Source: Clostridia bacterium (lineage in GTDB: Bacteria > Bacillota > Clostridia > Oscillospirales > CAG-272). Taken from it: DNA of 64,000 bases. The first letter of the stretch is position 1; each line of letters starts with the position of its first letter. The notes below the pieces were generated by a model, which was not told the origin of the DNA, searched no databases, and was given only the letters and a program-made list of their open reading frames with translations. This document shows positions 39,301 to 47,500 of this stretch, one piece after another. The DNA is taken from the NCBI GenBank assembly GCA_017483305.1, contig JAFULC010000009.1, forward strand, positions 7,337-71,336. The letters are read 5' to 3'. Both the position numbers and the translations under genes were made by a program.

Positions 39301-39405
39301 CGACGCAAACGAAAGCTTCTTGAGCTTTCCGGGAAGCGGAATGAACGGATATGATAAGATGAGCAGTATGCCGATAGTTAAAATGACCTTTATCGCTGTT
39401 ATCAC
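33325..39405 (-). CDS. Giant (2026 aa) polytopic membrane protein: N-terminal TM region, degenerate SF2-helicase-like core, Cys4 ribbon, acidic/basic disordered region, C-terminal transglutaminase-like Cys-His-Asp domain
   Basis: GTG start is the first possible start after an in-frame stop and overlaps the upstream TGA (GTGA). TM helices in aa 1-330. ILIASPQDF / AIFVDADRV resemble helicase motifs Ib/II, but no Walker A is present. CAFCHKV...YICADCF lies at 35770-35860. VCAGYAAALQYLLQSVGIVCGY...SCHAFNIL...YYIDATWGD gives C1804/H1837/D1852. Confidence 0.85.
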   Translation of the reverse strand: MITAIKVILTIGILLILSYPFIPLPGKLKKLSFASSVKYHTPHNRKNVFFLILIAVEFIVFAIIFSLFNKLSAFIGGIPFVGKLITNAVNSLNSQVDFIIFAIKLVIVNLLALYAFVFLKILLKKLVVDPLFKLTKKHLDKKKDQEAAEVTEEETPSEEDSKKKRKNNRIAMFLHTLEDDDDEEETDEEKPEGTEGDGEDKNEPEEKLYGPVSSFFLGLFFEGDQFQYARSWVVRTRMVLQCFIVLVEILYLFFIGVVLLSVFFPLPKMLYDMLINVFKIGDWYLYPVFSVIFLQELCNIFNTAKPEEEEEEKKEEEKKAVADNKLEARLRKVLSELKKRFDGEHSLRYYPEAKRDKVTKYKPTSSTYASALEYIRKQMDSYAGHTVESYMECIDAMFNDEHVYFAASFYSELGEYLVAYTYIRLLSGERLIFVVEDPEERITLRRFICERLMRLTGSSAAHNWRVYTSEERLDQADILIASPQDFRDGAMVSRYPAFFEEVSDAIFVDADRVISFDSYLCSLISNSLIKATEGRIRFAFLTLDYYQGFAASSLPKFFGVEHVLSFSSAKENESVSYVLWNKESKSHRIYSKYGQKLTSLEFIIANLAFKYNVDGVRVITESPLDHAEKKILASHNVEINKFHRDVADVNYMVYSDHRCNLSASIYACTRFRGKKKSIVHILSKPYLLREYYISKMATEDFINRSSFIQPRVTEHIERHKLSLMRVFCSFDLDGGILVKDFEKKMREVITFSLERGDIISSVFCKRLVASKPVNELKLGELAAYLVAGLCDTDIYYSEQEENRCFAESIGHRAKDFYLVIDPAKVDSYTLTKEKTIVFNRMHEILDRLLHCNDRVELRLNDKTIGVLDSFPSRVHLEYIVGQSILYNNAEYEIEHISADGRVICLRHENVKLRNCLDTVHLRRYSVDSVVPFEKVGILHNTKLMLEEIRVTKCQAKFIGETYGFYGLTSDKQTLDFYHKDGIDGNPHVPHPHTRQIGDGRILKVEFETRMECTDGMRLLLAAAFNEFAKTIFPKSYHCISFCPVLAEPLPFDETVEPETEIEHIKALYPYLKHPGEEFIETDPNRITFFVINDCFEDVGVFDWLYDPSGRYMQEFLANIYSYLHWLKIRPKLEHYIYFGGDQLPECYDLEGCCKLLEGYNLLLSDLGEHDVETAGDDIEDEKPKRCAFCHKVMESGRYSLFDNNRYICADCFETVDDPDKLDDMLAEMREYLKKTYPEISIGVLKSAFDPVGDLKEEQSLSEYYYRLDTTERTVFVERDDPITNVRVSLLRGLIGMWQSDNQLMIDYAAAQLYYEELLYLRSIGKDESADWILEALDVTIKSKLDEIAEYIACNDLDEKKDSGDESTDETPESDENTEEDTNETPKDKDEEKSEDKKDTVNDADRPRRTSFSFLRMKYEELGGGQSDDGEDETDEDYSDGLYDPNKVPRFWKRYLRNQKAEDGREEELPEDEDGDEEEDDVGDGEFSNDLMTDNINAPNETDFDELLGDAEDEISDEDNTVTDDVVDGDQTPEEDDKDTKKKKEKKKFSLRDLFKKKKKDDTVVDEEPVVDDDQVVDDDNKVVEDDKNTDNDVVDGDPALDDDQTSDEDDDSAKKKSQKKDKKKKSSKKLSSLLKKKGTPGERIVPYEEDEKTNPKIRVYNDLVRAAYNYSEEPISRKGITDSELEQVFIYIKGDYPELFWLNSYMYTSETVRHNFRCKNANGVLDVKQINKKRAELRKGAKTFTRGITKKTDPYKALLTIYRRLILTLDYDGIGLDAGLDRDTKQDDKLRSLHSALVEHKVVCAGYAAALQYLLQSVGIVCGYTISRVSNDGGSCHAFNILKIGKYCYYIDATWGDSSNTKSGDRMKDMVWYDYCCTPFEEFIRTPEGQEPLHYPRESLYPTLEKFHNTNHEYFRYHNAYLQSYKEEEIVRILSESALRYNAGEMGDFVVGIRFSTKAQAKYAMETLCKNGNASRLVALARNQLGKKGKNAQKLLERGYGFYVTDAGVLYIAFESPKKNDKRSKK

Positions 39406-41471
39406 CGATCATCACTTCCTTTCTTCGGGAACATAGCCTCGATCGTCTCGATCGAGAATACCCTGTAAACTTTGTTATCCTTGGATCTGATAGGCTTGTT
39501 GACGTCGAACTCGCCCTCAACAGACTCATAAGGATCGAATATAGGCTCAACGTCGAGGTTATTAAGGATACCTGCAATGCGGTCCTTGACCTCGCGAAGC
39601 ATATCTCTGTGTCTCTGTATGTTGCGGTCTATAGCAACGTTAGCATCGTAAAAACGCTTCAACTGACGGATAGCGTATCTCTGACGCTCTATGTTAATAA
39701 GATCGATCTCGTAGCGGTGACGGATCTTGGACATCGAATAGGATTCCTTGCGTCTGCACTTTGCATAGCAAAGATTCATAGCCTCCTTGCACTTTCTCAG
39801 CTTACCGAGTATCGGAGCAAGGCGAATGATCGCCGCCAGAACGTAAAGACCTGCAAAAAGCATCAGCATATTGATCGCCAACAGCCAAACATTGATTCCC
39901 GAGCCGTAGTGAGCAAGCTGAAGCACGGTATAGGGCACGAATACGGCAATCATCGCGAGCAGCATTATGATAAGGTCGCCAAGCATCTTTTTGGGCAGGC
40001 AAGCCTTCGCGTTTACGTATTCGCGGTATATCTTGGTCGCGTTCTTCTTCTCTTCCTCAAAGTCAACGCTGATATAGTCGGCATCAAGAGCATCGGCAAA
40101 CAGATCCGATATCTTCTTCTGCTTGTCAGCAACAAGAGCGTCAAATTCTGCCTTGGAGGGACAGTAGGAGGTCTTTTTCAAAGCACCCTCGTGAATTCTC
40201 TCCTCAAATTCGATCTCCATGTTTCTCTCACGGGTCTCGTCTCTGCTGACAAGATATTTTTCCATTATATCGTCAAAGTCCTTGCGGTGATCCTCTGCAA
40301 CCTGCTCGGGAGTTCTCTCTGCCAGATAGCAGATCTTTTCATAGGTCTGCTCGACCGTGAGATTTTCCTTACCCAAGGAAAGAGGAATAGTATCCTGAGC
40401 GACTGCAGTGCCAAGCACCTCGTCGTAATCAGCTCCGAGATTGTCAGACAGTGCAATATATTTGGAATCGTTCGATTTAGCCACCTCAGATGCGATGCAG
40501 ACCTTGATCCACGCGGTCTCAAGCACTTCTTTAAGACGGTTGGCGTCAAGTCTGGATATCTTGATCTCGCCGTCTCGATCGAAGGACTCTTCTCTTTCAT
40601 ACATACGTATCAGATACAGCGACAAGGACAGAGTATCAAAGGCAAGTCTTGCCTTTCCTCCGCCGTAGCTCGTAACGTAATAGTAGCGTCTGATAGTAGA
40701 GCGAACGCCCATACGGTCGCGCAGCGCCTCAAAAAACTGACCGAGAGTCATCTTTGTCGAGCCGTAGGGATAGTCCTTCAGATAGAAGTTAAGTGACACC
40801 GTCGGGGTGCAATAGAGCGAGAAGGAGCTATACTGTACAAGGTCCTGCACCTCGGGGACAACGAATTCCTCGTCAACCTCATCGTCATAGCGCACGACGG
40901 GAAGATCCTCCGCGCCGTCCTTGGACTTATCCTTCTTTTTGGATTTTTTGTCACCCTCAAGCTCTTCCTTCTGCTTGTTCAGCTCCTCGACCTTAAGGCG
41001 CGCCTCCTCCTCAGAGCCCTCTACAACGTCAAGTCCTCCGAGCACCTGCTTAAGCTGCTCCTCAGCACCCTGAACGAACTCGTAGCGCTCGAGCTTGGAG
41101 TTCTGAACGTAGTAGATCTCAAAATCCTCGGCATAAAGCTCACGAAGCTCGAGATATGCGATCAGATTGTCCATCAGATACGCCTCGATATAGGGCATAT
41201 AAAGGCTGATGTCAACACCGGACTCACCGCCAAATCCAAGTCTGCCGTAAGGAACTCTTACACGGTCAAAGCCGTAAAAGTCGATAAGCACGGCAATTCT
41301 GAATCTGTCTGCGCCAAGAATATTCTGCTTTTCGAATATTTCCTGAGCGCACTGCTTTATCTCAGAAAGCAAACAGTTATGCCAACGGATCTTGTTGTAT
41401 CCGGCAAGGTCGAACAGTCTGTCACTGTCAAACGTTTTGTTCTCGGACGTATTTATTACATACGTTAACAT
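39402..41471 (-). CDS. Hypothetical 689-aa protein with central acidic coiled-coil-like segment and a TM hairpin near residue 500-560
   Basis: ATG with a GGGGA SD. Two hydrophobic helices (LIIMLLAMIAVFVPYTVLQL / VWLLAINMLMLFAGLYVLAAIIRL, nt ~39807-39985). No known motif recognised. Confidence 0.8.
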   Translation of the reverse strand: MLTYVINTSENKTFDSDRLFDLAGYNKIRWHNCLLSEIKQCAQEIFEKQNILGADRFRIAVLIDFYGFDRVRVPYGRLGFGGESGVDISLYMPYIEAYLMDNLIAYLELRELYAEDFEIYYVQNSKLERYEFVQGAEEQLKQVLGGLDVVEGSEEEARLKVEELNKQKEELEGDKKSKKKDKSKDGAEDLPVVRYDDEVDEEFVVPEVQDLVQYSSFSLYCTPTVSLNFYLKDYPYGSTKMTLGQFFEALRDRMGVRSTIRRYYYVTSYGGGKARLAFDTLSLSLYLIRMYEREESFDRDGEIKISRLDANRLKEVLETAWIKVCIASEVAKSNDSKYIALSDNLGADYDEVLGTAVAQDTIPLSLGKENLTVEQTYEKICYLAERTPEQVAEDHRKDFDDIMEKYLVSRDETRERNMEIEFEERIHEGALKKTSYCPSKAEFDALVADKQKKISDLFADALDADYISVDFEEEKKNATKIYREYVNAKACLPKKMLGDLIIMLLAMIAVFVPYTVLQLAHYGSGINVWLLAINMLMLFAGLYVLAAIIRLAPILGKLRKCKEAMNLCYAKCRRKESYSMSKIRHRYEIDLINIERQRYAIRQLKRFYDANVAIDRNIQRHRDMLREVKDRIAGILNNLDVEPIFDPYESVEGEFDVNKPIRSKDNKVYRVFSIETIEAMFPKKGSDDR

Positions 41472-41569
41472 TTATGTTTTTCCCCTTTCCAAAGCGGCAC
41501 GGAGCATCCGTAGCCGTTTTGAAGTACTCATTCCGCTTTCGCGGATAAAATAATTTCGATTGATTTTAT

Positions 41570-44386
41570 TCAAACTGCGGAGGGATCGATGTGCGGAAGC
41601 ATACCTTCCTTCGAAAAGCCTCTCTGCAGATGAGGATCCCACATATCCGTGGATTGCTCCTCCTTAATAACGAGCGTTTTCTTATAAGCCCTGTAATACG
41701 AAGGATCTGCCGAGCATTCGCAGAACGCCTCGAGATAGCAAAGCTTAAGCTGAGTAATATCCCTGAAAACGTAGATCGTATCCTTGGATACCGTACTGCT
41801 GAACGCCGCCTGTCCGTCAGACTCTCCCGCAAGAGCAAGAAGCGATACGATCGCAGCCTCTCCGACTCGTCCGCGGAAAAGCTCGGAATTTTGCTCGATA
41901 TACTCACGTATCTCCTCGGAAACGAGCGATACCGTGCGATGCTTGATAGCTCTTATCGCCTTGTAGGAATCATAAGCATCTGGAACCTGATACAGAAGCG
42001 CGGGGGTCTTCGCCAAGAACGCCTTGTTGAGAGCGCACGAGCTATCCTTCTGAGTCAGAATGACCTCAAGAACGTTTCTGTCAAGCTCCTTTGCATAAAA
42101 TCCGCTATCGTGACACTCAAACGCAATTCTGTCCGCCAAAGCGTTGGTCAGACAGACTGCGACACCGTCGCTACCCAGATTTCTGAGCGTAAGCTCGCCG
42201 AGCAGAGCATCTTGCTGTCGAATATAGTCGACCTTTTTGTCGCTATCCTTTATAAATTCAGCAAATTTATCGAAGAAAGCGAGCTTCTCTTCCTCGGAGG
42301 TCCCCACGTAATAGGTCAAGCCTCTGTCCCCGATACATCTGCGAAGCGCCGTGGTAACGTCCGACTCAAGCTCTCCAAAGCCAACTGAAAGCGATGCAAA
42401 TACCTTGTGATACGCCATAATAACGTCGCCAAGCACATCAAGGAATGCTTCTCCGCGCAGAAGTCTGAAGATATCGCGAAGATGCTCGTAAGAGCTTCCG
42501 AGATCGTATATAAACATACGTCTATCGTTGATCGAGCCCTTAACCATTCCGCCCTGACCGCCTGTCAGAGCCAAAAATCTTCCCGAACCGTATTTTTTCG
42601 AAGCATATTTGCAATCGAGCGCGACGTTCTGGTTTGCTTTCATTATCCACTGTGGGAACTCGTTTTCCGTGATCGGATCGCTCTGATTTATAAGTCTCAG
42701 CGGAGCGATCTCGCCATCGATCTCCCGATAAAGTGTGCAGAGACGGACAAGCGCGAAAACGGGATTGATAAACGCTCCGTCATCCTTCAAAAGCTTATCG
42801 ACAAGTGAGATTCCGCACTCCTCCGAGCCGTCCGCGTCAAGCTTTGCACGTATTCTGTCTCGGAATTTAGCCTCTCCCTCGATAACGCGCTTAAATCCGA
42901 CTGCATAAACGTCCTGAAGCCACTCGGCGCAGTTTATTGCGGTCTCCTCGAGTCTTACTCGCTCCTCGGCATTCGCCTTGACCAGCCTTCTCTTCTTCTC
43001 GTCCGCCAATTGCTCAAGCTCCTCGGATTCCTCAAGCACAGCCTGAATATTCATCGCGCTTTCACTGTAAAATTCTCTGTCGATCTCGTCAAGAAGCTCG
43101 CCGACAAGCTTTTTGGGCAGGCGATCTATCGGAGCGGTATCATCTTCGGCGTTCTCAAAGACACGACCAAGCAACGCGCTATCGCTTTCGCCGTCCTCAA
43201 CCACCGTCGATGCGGCGGTAAGAATAGCATCGACGTAAGCGTCCGCCTTTCTGTCAAATTCCTTGCCCTCGTCAAAGCAATTCTGACGTTTTCTTGCCAA
43301 TTCCTTAAGCACCTTTTCGTGAAGATACGAAAGCTCACCGCTCTCCTTCTCAAAGGCGTTTCGGATGGCGATATATGATACGATGCTGTCTGTGGCATAT
43401 ATAGTCCTACATAGAGTCATACCGCCGTAGATCGCATCGGTCGTATTCAAATTTTGGTTATTTTGGTTGGAGGTCTCGGTGCTCTGAAGCTTACCCGTAG
43501 CGCAAAGCGTGATAATTGAATCTGCAAGCATCTCGGTATAGAGCGCAAGCTGTCTGACACCGGGCATACGGCGCACAAGATAGACCCTTCCAAACGGTTT
43601 CTTTTCATTTTTATTATACTCGGGAACAGAAGAATCGAAAAGCAAGCCAAGATACGGGTCGTCGTTTGATCCGATCCTGATAGGCTCATCCGAAGCCTTA
43701 TCTCCCGAAAGATTGATTGCCTGAAGCTCGCGAAGTGAAGCATACGCATTAGCTTTCGCCTTGACGCGTTGCTCGGGAGTCATAAGATCCTCGCAAACCT
43801 CGGGGAGAGTCAGTATAGCGGTCGACGTATCAACGACAGCACCCTTCTCCTCCAGATATTTTTTTACGTACATTACGACGGGCATAAACAATCCCGATCC
43901 GGTGCCTCCCGCCAAGGAAGCAACCGTGTATATTTCGACGTGAGTCGGCTCAACCTCAACGTTTTCGTCGGACTCCTCTCCGTCGCTCTCTTTGGCAACC
44001 AGAGCATCAAGGTTAGAGTGCAGCATCTCTGCGTTCTTCTCTTTTGAAAGGAAAGAGGTAAACGATAAAAGCGCCTTCATTCTCCACTGATTCGAGCCCT
44101 CGTTCATCGCGAGACCTTCAAAATACTCTACGCCGTCACTGTTACGGTCACAAGGAAACCACTCCTTCAAAATCTCGGGATCGAGAGTGTCGAGCACACG
44201 TCCGAGATTGGAGGCTTCAACCATAGGAATGATCACCGCATCGGAAATCTCTTCTAAGGTTCTTTCATCAGTATCAATAGCCAAAGCGTGTACAGCTTGC
44301 CCCTCTTTGCCCATTTTGCGCGCAAAAAGATCTGCAACCGCACATCCCATCTGACCTAATCCAAGCAAAAGAATTTGCTTTCCCAT
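41570..44386 (-). CDS. Tubulin/FtsZ-superfamily protein, 938 aa (tubulin/TubZ-type T1 loop)
   Basis: N-terminus ILLLGLGQMGCAVADLF (G-Q-x-G as in tubulin/TubZ/BtubAB). Exact tubulin signature AGGTGSG at aa 159-165 (nt ~43892-43912). Paralogous to the upstream gene (EWFPCD, QWRxK, DMWxPHL). Confidence 0.8.
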   Translation of the reverse strand: MGKQILLLGLGQMGCAVADLFARKMGKEGQAVHALAIDTDERTLEEISDAVIIPMVEASNLGRVLDTLDPEILKEWFPCDRNSDGVEYFEGLAMNEGSNQWRMKALLSFTSFLSKEKNAEMLHSNLDALVAKESDGEESDENVEVEPTHVEIYTVASLAGGTGSGLFMPVVMYVKKYLEEKGAVVDTSTAILTLPEVCEDLMTPEQRVKAKANAYASLRELQAINLSGDKASDEPIRIGSNDDPYLGLLFDSSVPEYNKNEKKPFGRVYLVRRMPGVRQLALYTEMLADSIITLCATGKLQSTETSNQNNQNLNTTDAIYGGMTLCRTIYATDSIVSYIAIRNAFEKESGELSYLHEKVLKELARKRQNCFDEGKEFDRKADAYVDAILTAASTVVEDGESDSALLGRVFENAEDDTAPIDRLPKKLVGELLDEIDREFYSESAMNIQAVLEESEELEQLADEKKRRLVKANAEERVRLEETAINCAEWLQDVYAVGFKRVIEGEAKFRDRIRAKLDADGSEECGISLVDKLLKDDGAFINPVFALVRLCTLYREIDGEIAPLRLINQSDPITENEFPQWIMKANQNVALDCKYASKKYGSGRFLALTGGQGGMVKGSINDRRMFIYDLGSSYEHLRDIFRLLRGEAFLDVLGDVIMAYHKVFASLSVGFGELESDVTTALRRCIGDRGLTYYVGTSEEEKLAFFDKFAEFIKDSDKKVDYIRQQDALLGELTLRNLGSDGVAVCLTNALADRIAFECHDSGFYAKELDRNVLEVILTQKDSSCALNKAFLAKTPALLYQVPDAYDSYKAIRAIKHRTVSLVSEEIREYIEQNSELFRGRVGEAAIVSLLALAGESDGQAAFSSTVSKDTIYVFRDITQLKLCYLEAFCECSADPSYYRAYKKTLVIKEEQSTDMWDPHLQRGFSKEGMLPHIDPSAV

Positions 44387-44509
44387 GAAGATTTCTCCCT
44401 TCGTTTCCCTGTTTTTTCCCCGCCTCGCCCCCGAGAATAAGGATCCTCGGGAAGCGAAGCGTTTTTGCTATGAGGCGAAAGCCTCACGGCTTATGTAGTG
44501 TTGTGGCAA

Positions 44510-47500
44510 TTATGCCTTAGCATCCTCAGCGGGTGCGGATGCTATCTTCTTGGAGCGATTCTTTATAGCATTAAGAACGCTCTTGACCTTAGAGGAAGGT
44601 CTGTTGTAATCGAATACGGAATTGATAAGCACCTTACCGGTTTCATCCATGGGCATATCATCCGAAATAGTATAGAATACGTCTGCTGCCTGGAGCCAGT
44701 TAACAAGCTGAGTAAAGTGAGCTGCACACTCGTTGCCTGCTCTGCAAACGATCTCTGCGCCTGCGAAGGACTCGTATACCTTGCTGAGCTGCTGCTTGTA
44801 AACCTGAATGAAGCGCTCGGGTGTAGTCTCGGGGCTGGTGCGGTGAGAGATCATCTCCTTGAAGGTCTTGTAAAGAACTCTAAGGATTCTCTCTGCATCG
44901 TCACAGTCTCTGCCAAGCTCTTCGCTTGTCTTGATCATGTAAGCAAACTCAAGTGCGGTAGGACCTACGCGATCGTTCCACTCACCGTCAGCGGTGGGTC
45001 TCTGCTCTGTCTTTCTCGAGGAATCAGCGTAGAGGCTCTCGGTCAGGATTCTGATGATAGGCGAGTTGGTAAGAGTCGCCTCAAGATTTCTGACCTCACC
45101 CTCGTTGTCGCTTGCAAGGCTGGGAAGCGCATTCTTCTGACGGAGGACGTCAGCATCAAAGCGTGCACTCCACTTTTCAACCAGCTCATCCTCGTTACGC
45201 ATCCAAGCGAGAAGCTGAGCGATGTTCTTGTTGTTGATCCACTTTCCTTCAGGATCGGTGATCTTAGTACCGTTGCAGGAGAAGTAGTAGCGTCCGCGAG
45301 CCTCACCCATACCGTCGGTATAACGGATAGTGCCGCTCTGGAAGCCGTAGATAAGAGCCTTAACCATCTTTTCATCGCAAGCCTGCTCCATCTTTGCGTT
45401 CATGTAAGGCAGGCAGCCACGCTTGTTGAGGTTGTTGCCGAGGTGGGGGTTCCACATATCGGTCTCATATCTCTTATATCTTGCAAGAGCCTCGGTGTAG
45501 TTCTTGAAGTATACACAGTCCTCGCCAAGCTCGTTGAACTTCGCAATGCGGAGAGGAGTAATATCCATAACCTCACCGGTGCAATAGAGAACCTGATCGG
45601 GGATAGAATCAACGATAGCAACTCTTGCAGAGCTGTTACCCGAGAAGTCGCGGATGAACGCCTCTGCGCAAGCCTTGAGCATAGCGCCCTCGCTGTTCTG
45701 ATCGTTAGGAATGCTCAGACCGAACTTTTCAGCATTTCTCTTAATGTATCTTGCAGTGTTCTTGGACATCATGAATACCATAATGTGAGAAGGAACTACG
45801 AGATCGTCCTCAACAGATGCAACGTCGAGTCTGAGAGAAGGAATAGCAAGATCCTGAGCTACGGAGAAGGATACGCGAAGCGCGTCGTCGATCTCCTTGG
45901 AGGAAGCGCCGTCACCGCAAGAGGTAACGATAGCTTCAACTACGTTGTAGGAAGCAATATTGCCAAAGAGCTCACTCTTAGCGATAGAGGTGCGGTAAGC
46001 CGCGATCATGCTGGAGAAGAGCGAACGGTAAGCGCTGGAGTCCTTATCGTTGAAGCCTGTATCCTCAGAGCGCTCTGCAACTGCGGATGCGAATACGGAA
46101 GCGAATACGCCTCTACCAACGATATCGTCGGTATCAGCAACAGCCTCGCTGGTAACAGGTCCGTTACCCTCTTCAAGAGTAAGTCTGATGCTTTCCTTGT
46201 TCTTCTGCGAGCAATATACGTTGATGATACTGTCGATAGCATCCTCGTCCTTACGGAGAGCATCCTTCGTAAGATCCTCAAGCATTTCCTTTTCCTTCTC
46301 AAAGCGATTGAAGAAGTTACGGTACTTAGCGATAAGAAGGTCGACGTCAGCTGCAATGCGGGAGTATACCTGGAAGGAAACGAGCTCATAAGCCTCGTTA
46401 GCAACGTTGTTCGCGATCTGCTGAACGTCGTTGTGAAGCGCTTCCATATCTGCCGTTGCATTGGTTCTCTTGGAGTTGTACTCCTCAGGCTCTACGTCAG
46501 CATCGGAGATCTCTGCGAAACGGGTCTTTCCAAGTCCGAGATATGCGCTCTTGGTGCGTCCGCCCTTGTCATCAAGAGTAAGGAAGCCCTCAGGAAGCGC
46601 GGGAGCCTTGCGGAGCTTGAGCTCAGGCCAATCGTTAGGCTCTACGGAAAGCTTTTCGCTAAGAGCGATTCTGAACTGGCACAAACGGATCATAGCCGCA
46701 ACGGGATGTACCATCTTGCCGTTCTTGGTCTCGAGAAGGTTCTTAACAACCGAATACTTATCGCCGATAACGCCGATCTTCTTCTTTTCAAGAGTGATGA
46801 TAGCGTCTGCGGTGCTGGTAGGAATGCTCTTAACAGTATCGAAGCATCTGCGGTAGAACTTGTCGAGAATAGGACGGGAGTCTACAGCCGCGCTGATTAC
46901 GTTGGACTTGTCGAAAGTACCGCCGGAAAGATCTCTGGGGAATATGCCCTCAAGCTCTGCATCGATAGATGCCGCAACGGGAACCTTGCTGGAAATATAG
47001 CCTTCAATTGTCTCAAGGAAGAGCTCGCCGATAGTTTCGGAGCGGCGCTCGCCCTTTTCGTTGTACTGGTCAACACCGCGCTCAACGAGAGAGATGACCT
47101 CGTCGCAGTTTTCATCCTGCTTCTCCTCAACCTTCTCGATAAGCATTCTTGCATAAGCGTCGTTCTCCATAATGAAGGTACGCTTCATTGCCTTTGCTTC
47201 TCTGCCCTTTTCGGCGATAGCATTTTCAACTGCCTGGTGAATGATCAGCCATTCGCCGTTGCAGGAATCGTATGTCTTCTTGCATGCGAGATACTCAAGA
47301 ACCGAATCCTTGGGGAAGCGGATCTGCGAGGTAGAAATACCGGCGTAGATAGCGTTGCTACCGTTGTTCTGCGAACGAACGAGCTCGTGGTTGGAGAATT
47401 CGCTGTCGAAGGCAGCGCCGATCTCGGTACAAATAATGGTATAAAGCGAGTTAGCAAGCACCATGTCGTGTGCTGCAACAGAGTTCAGACCGGGGATACG

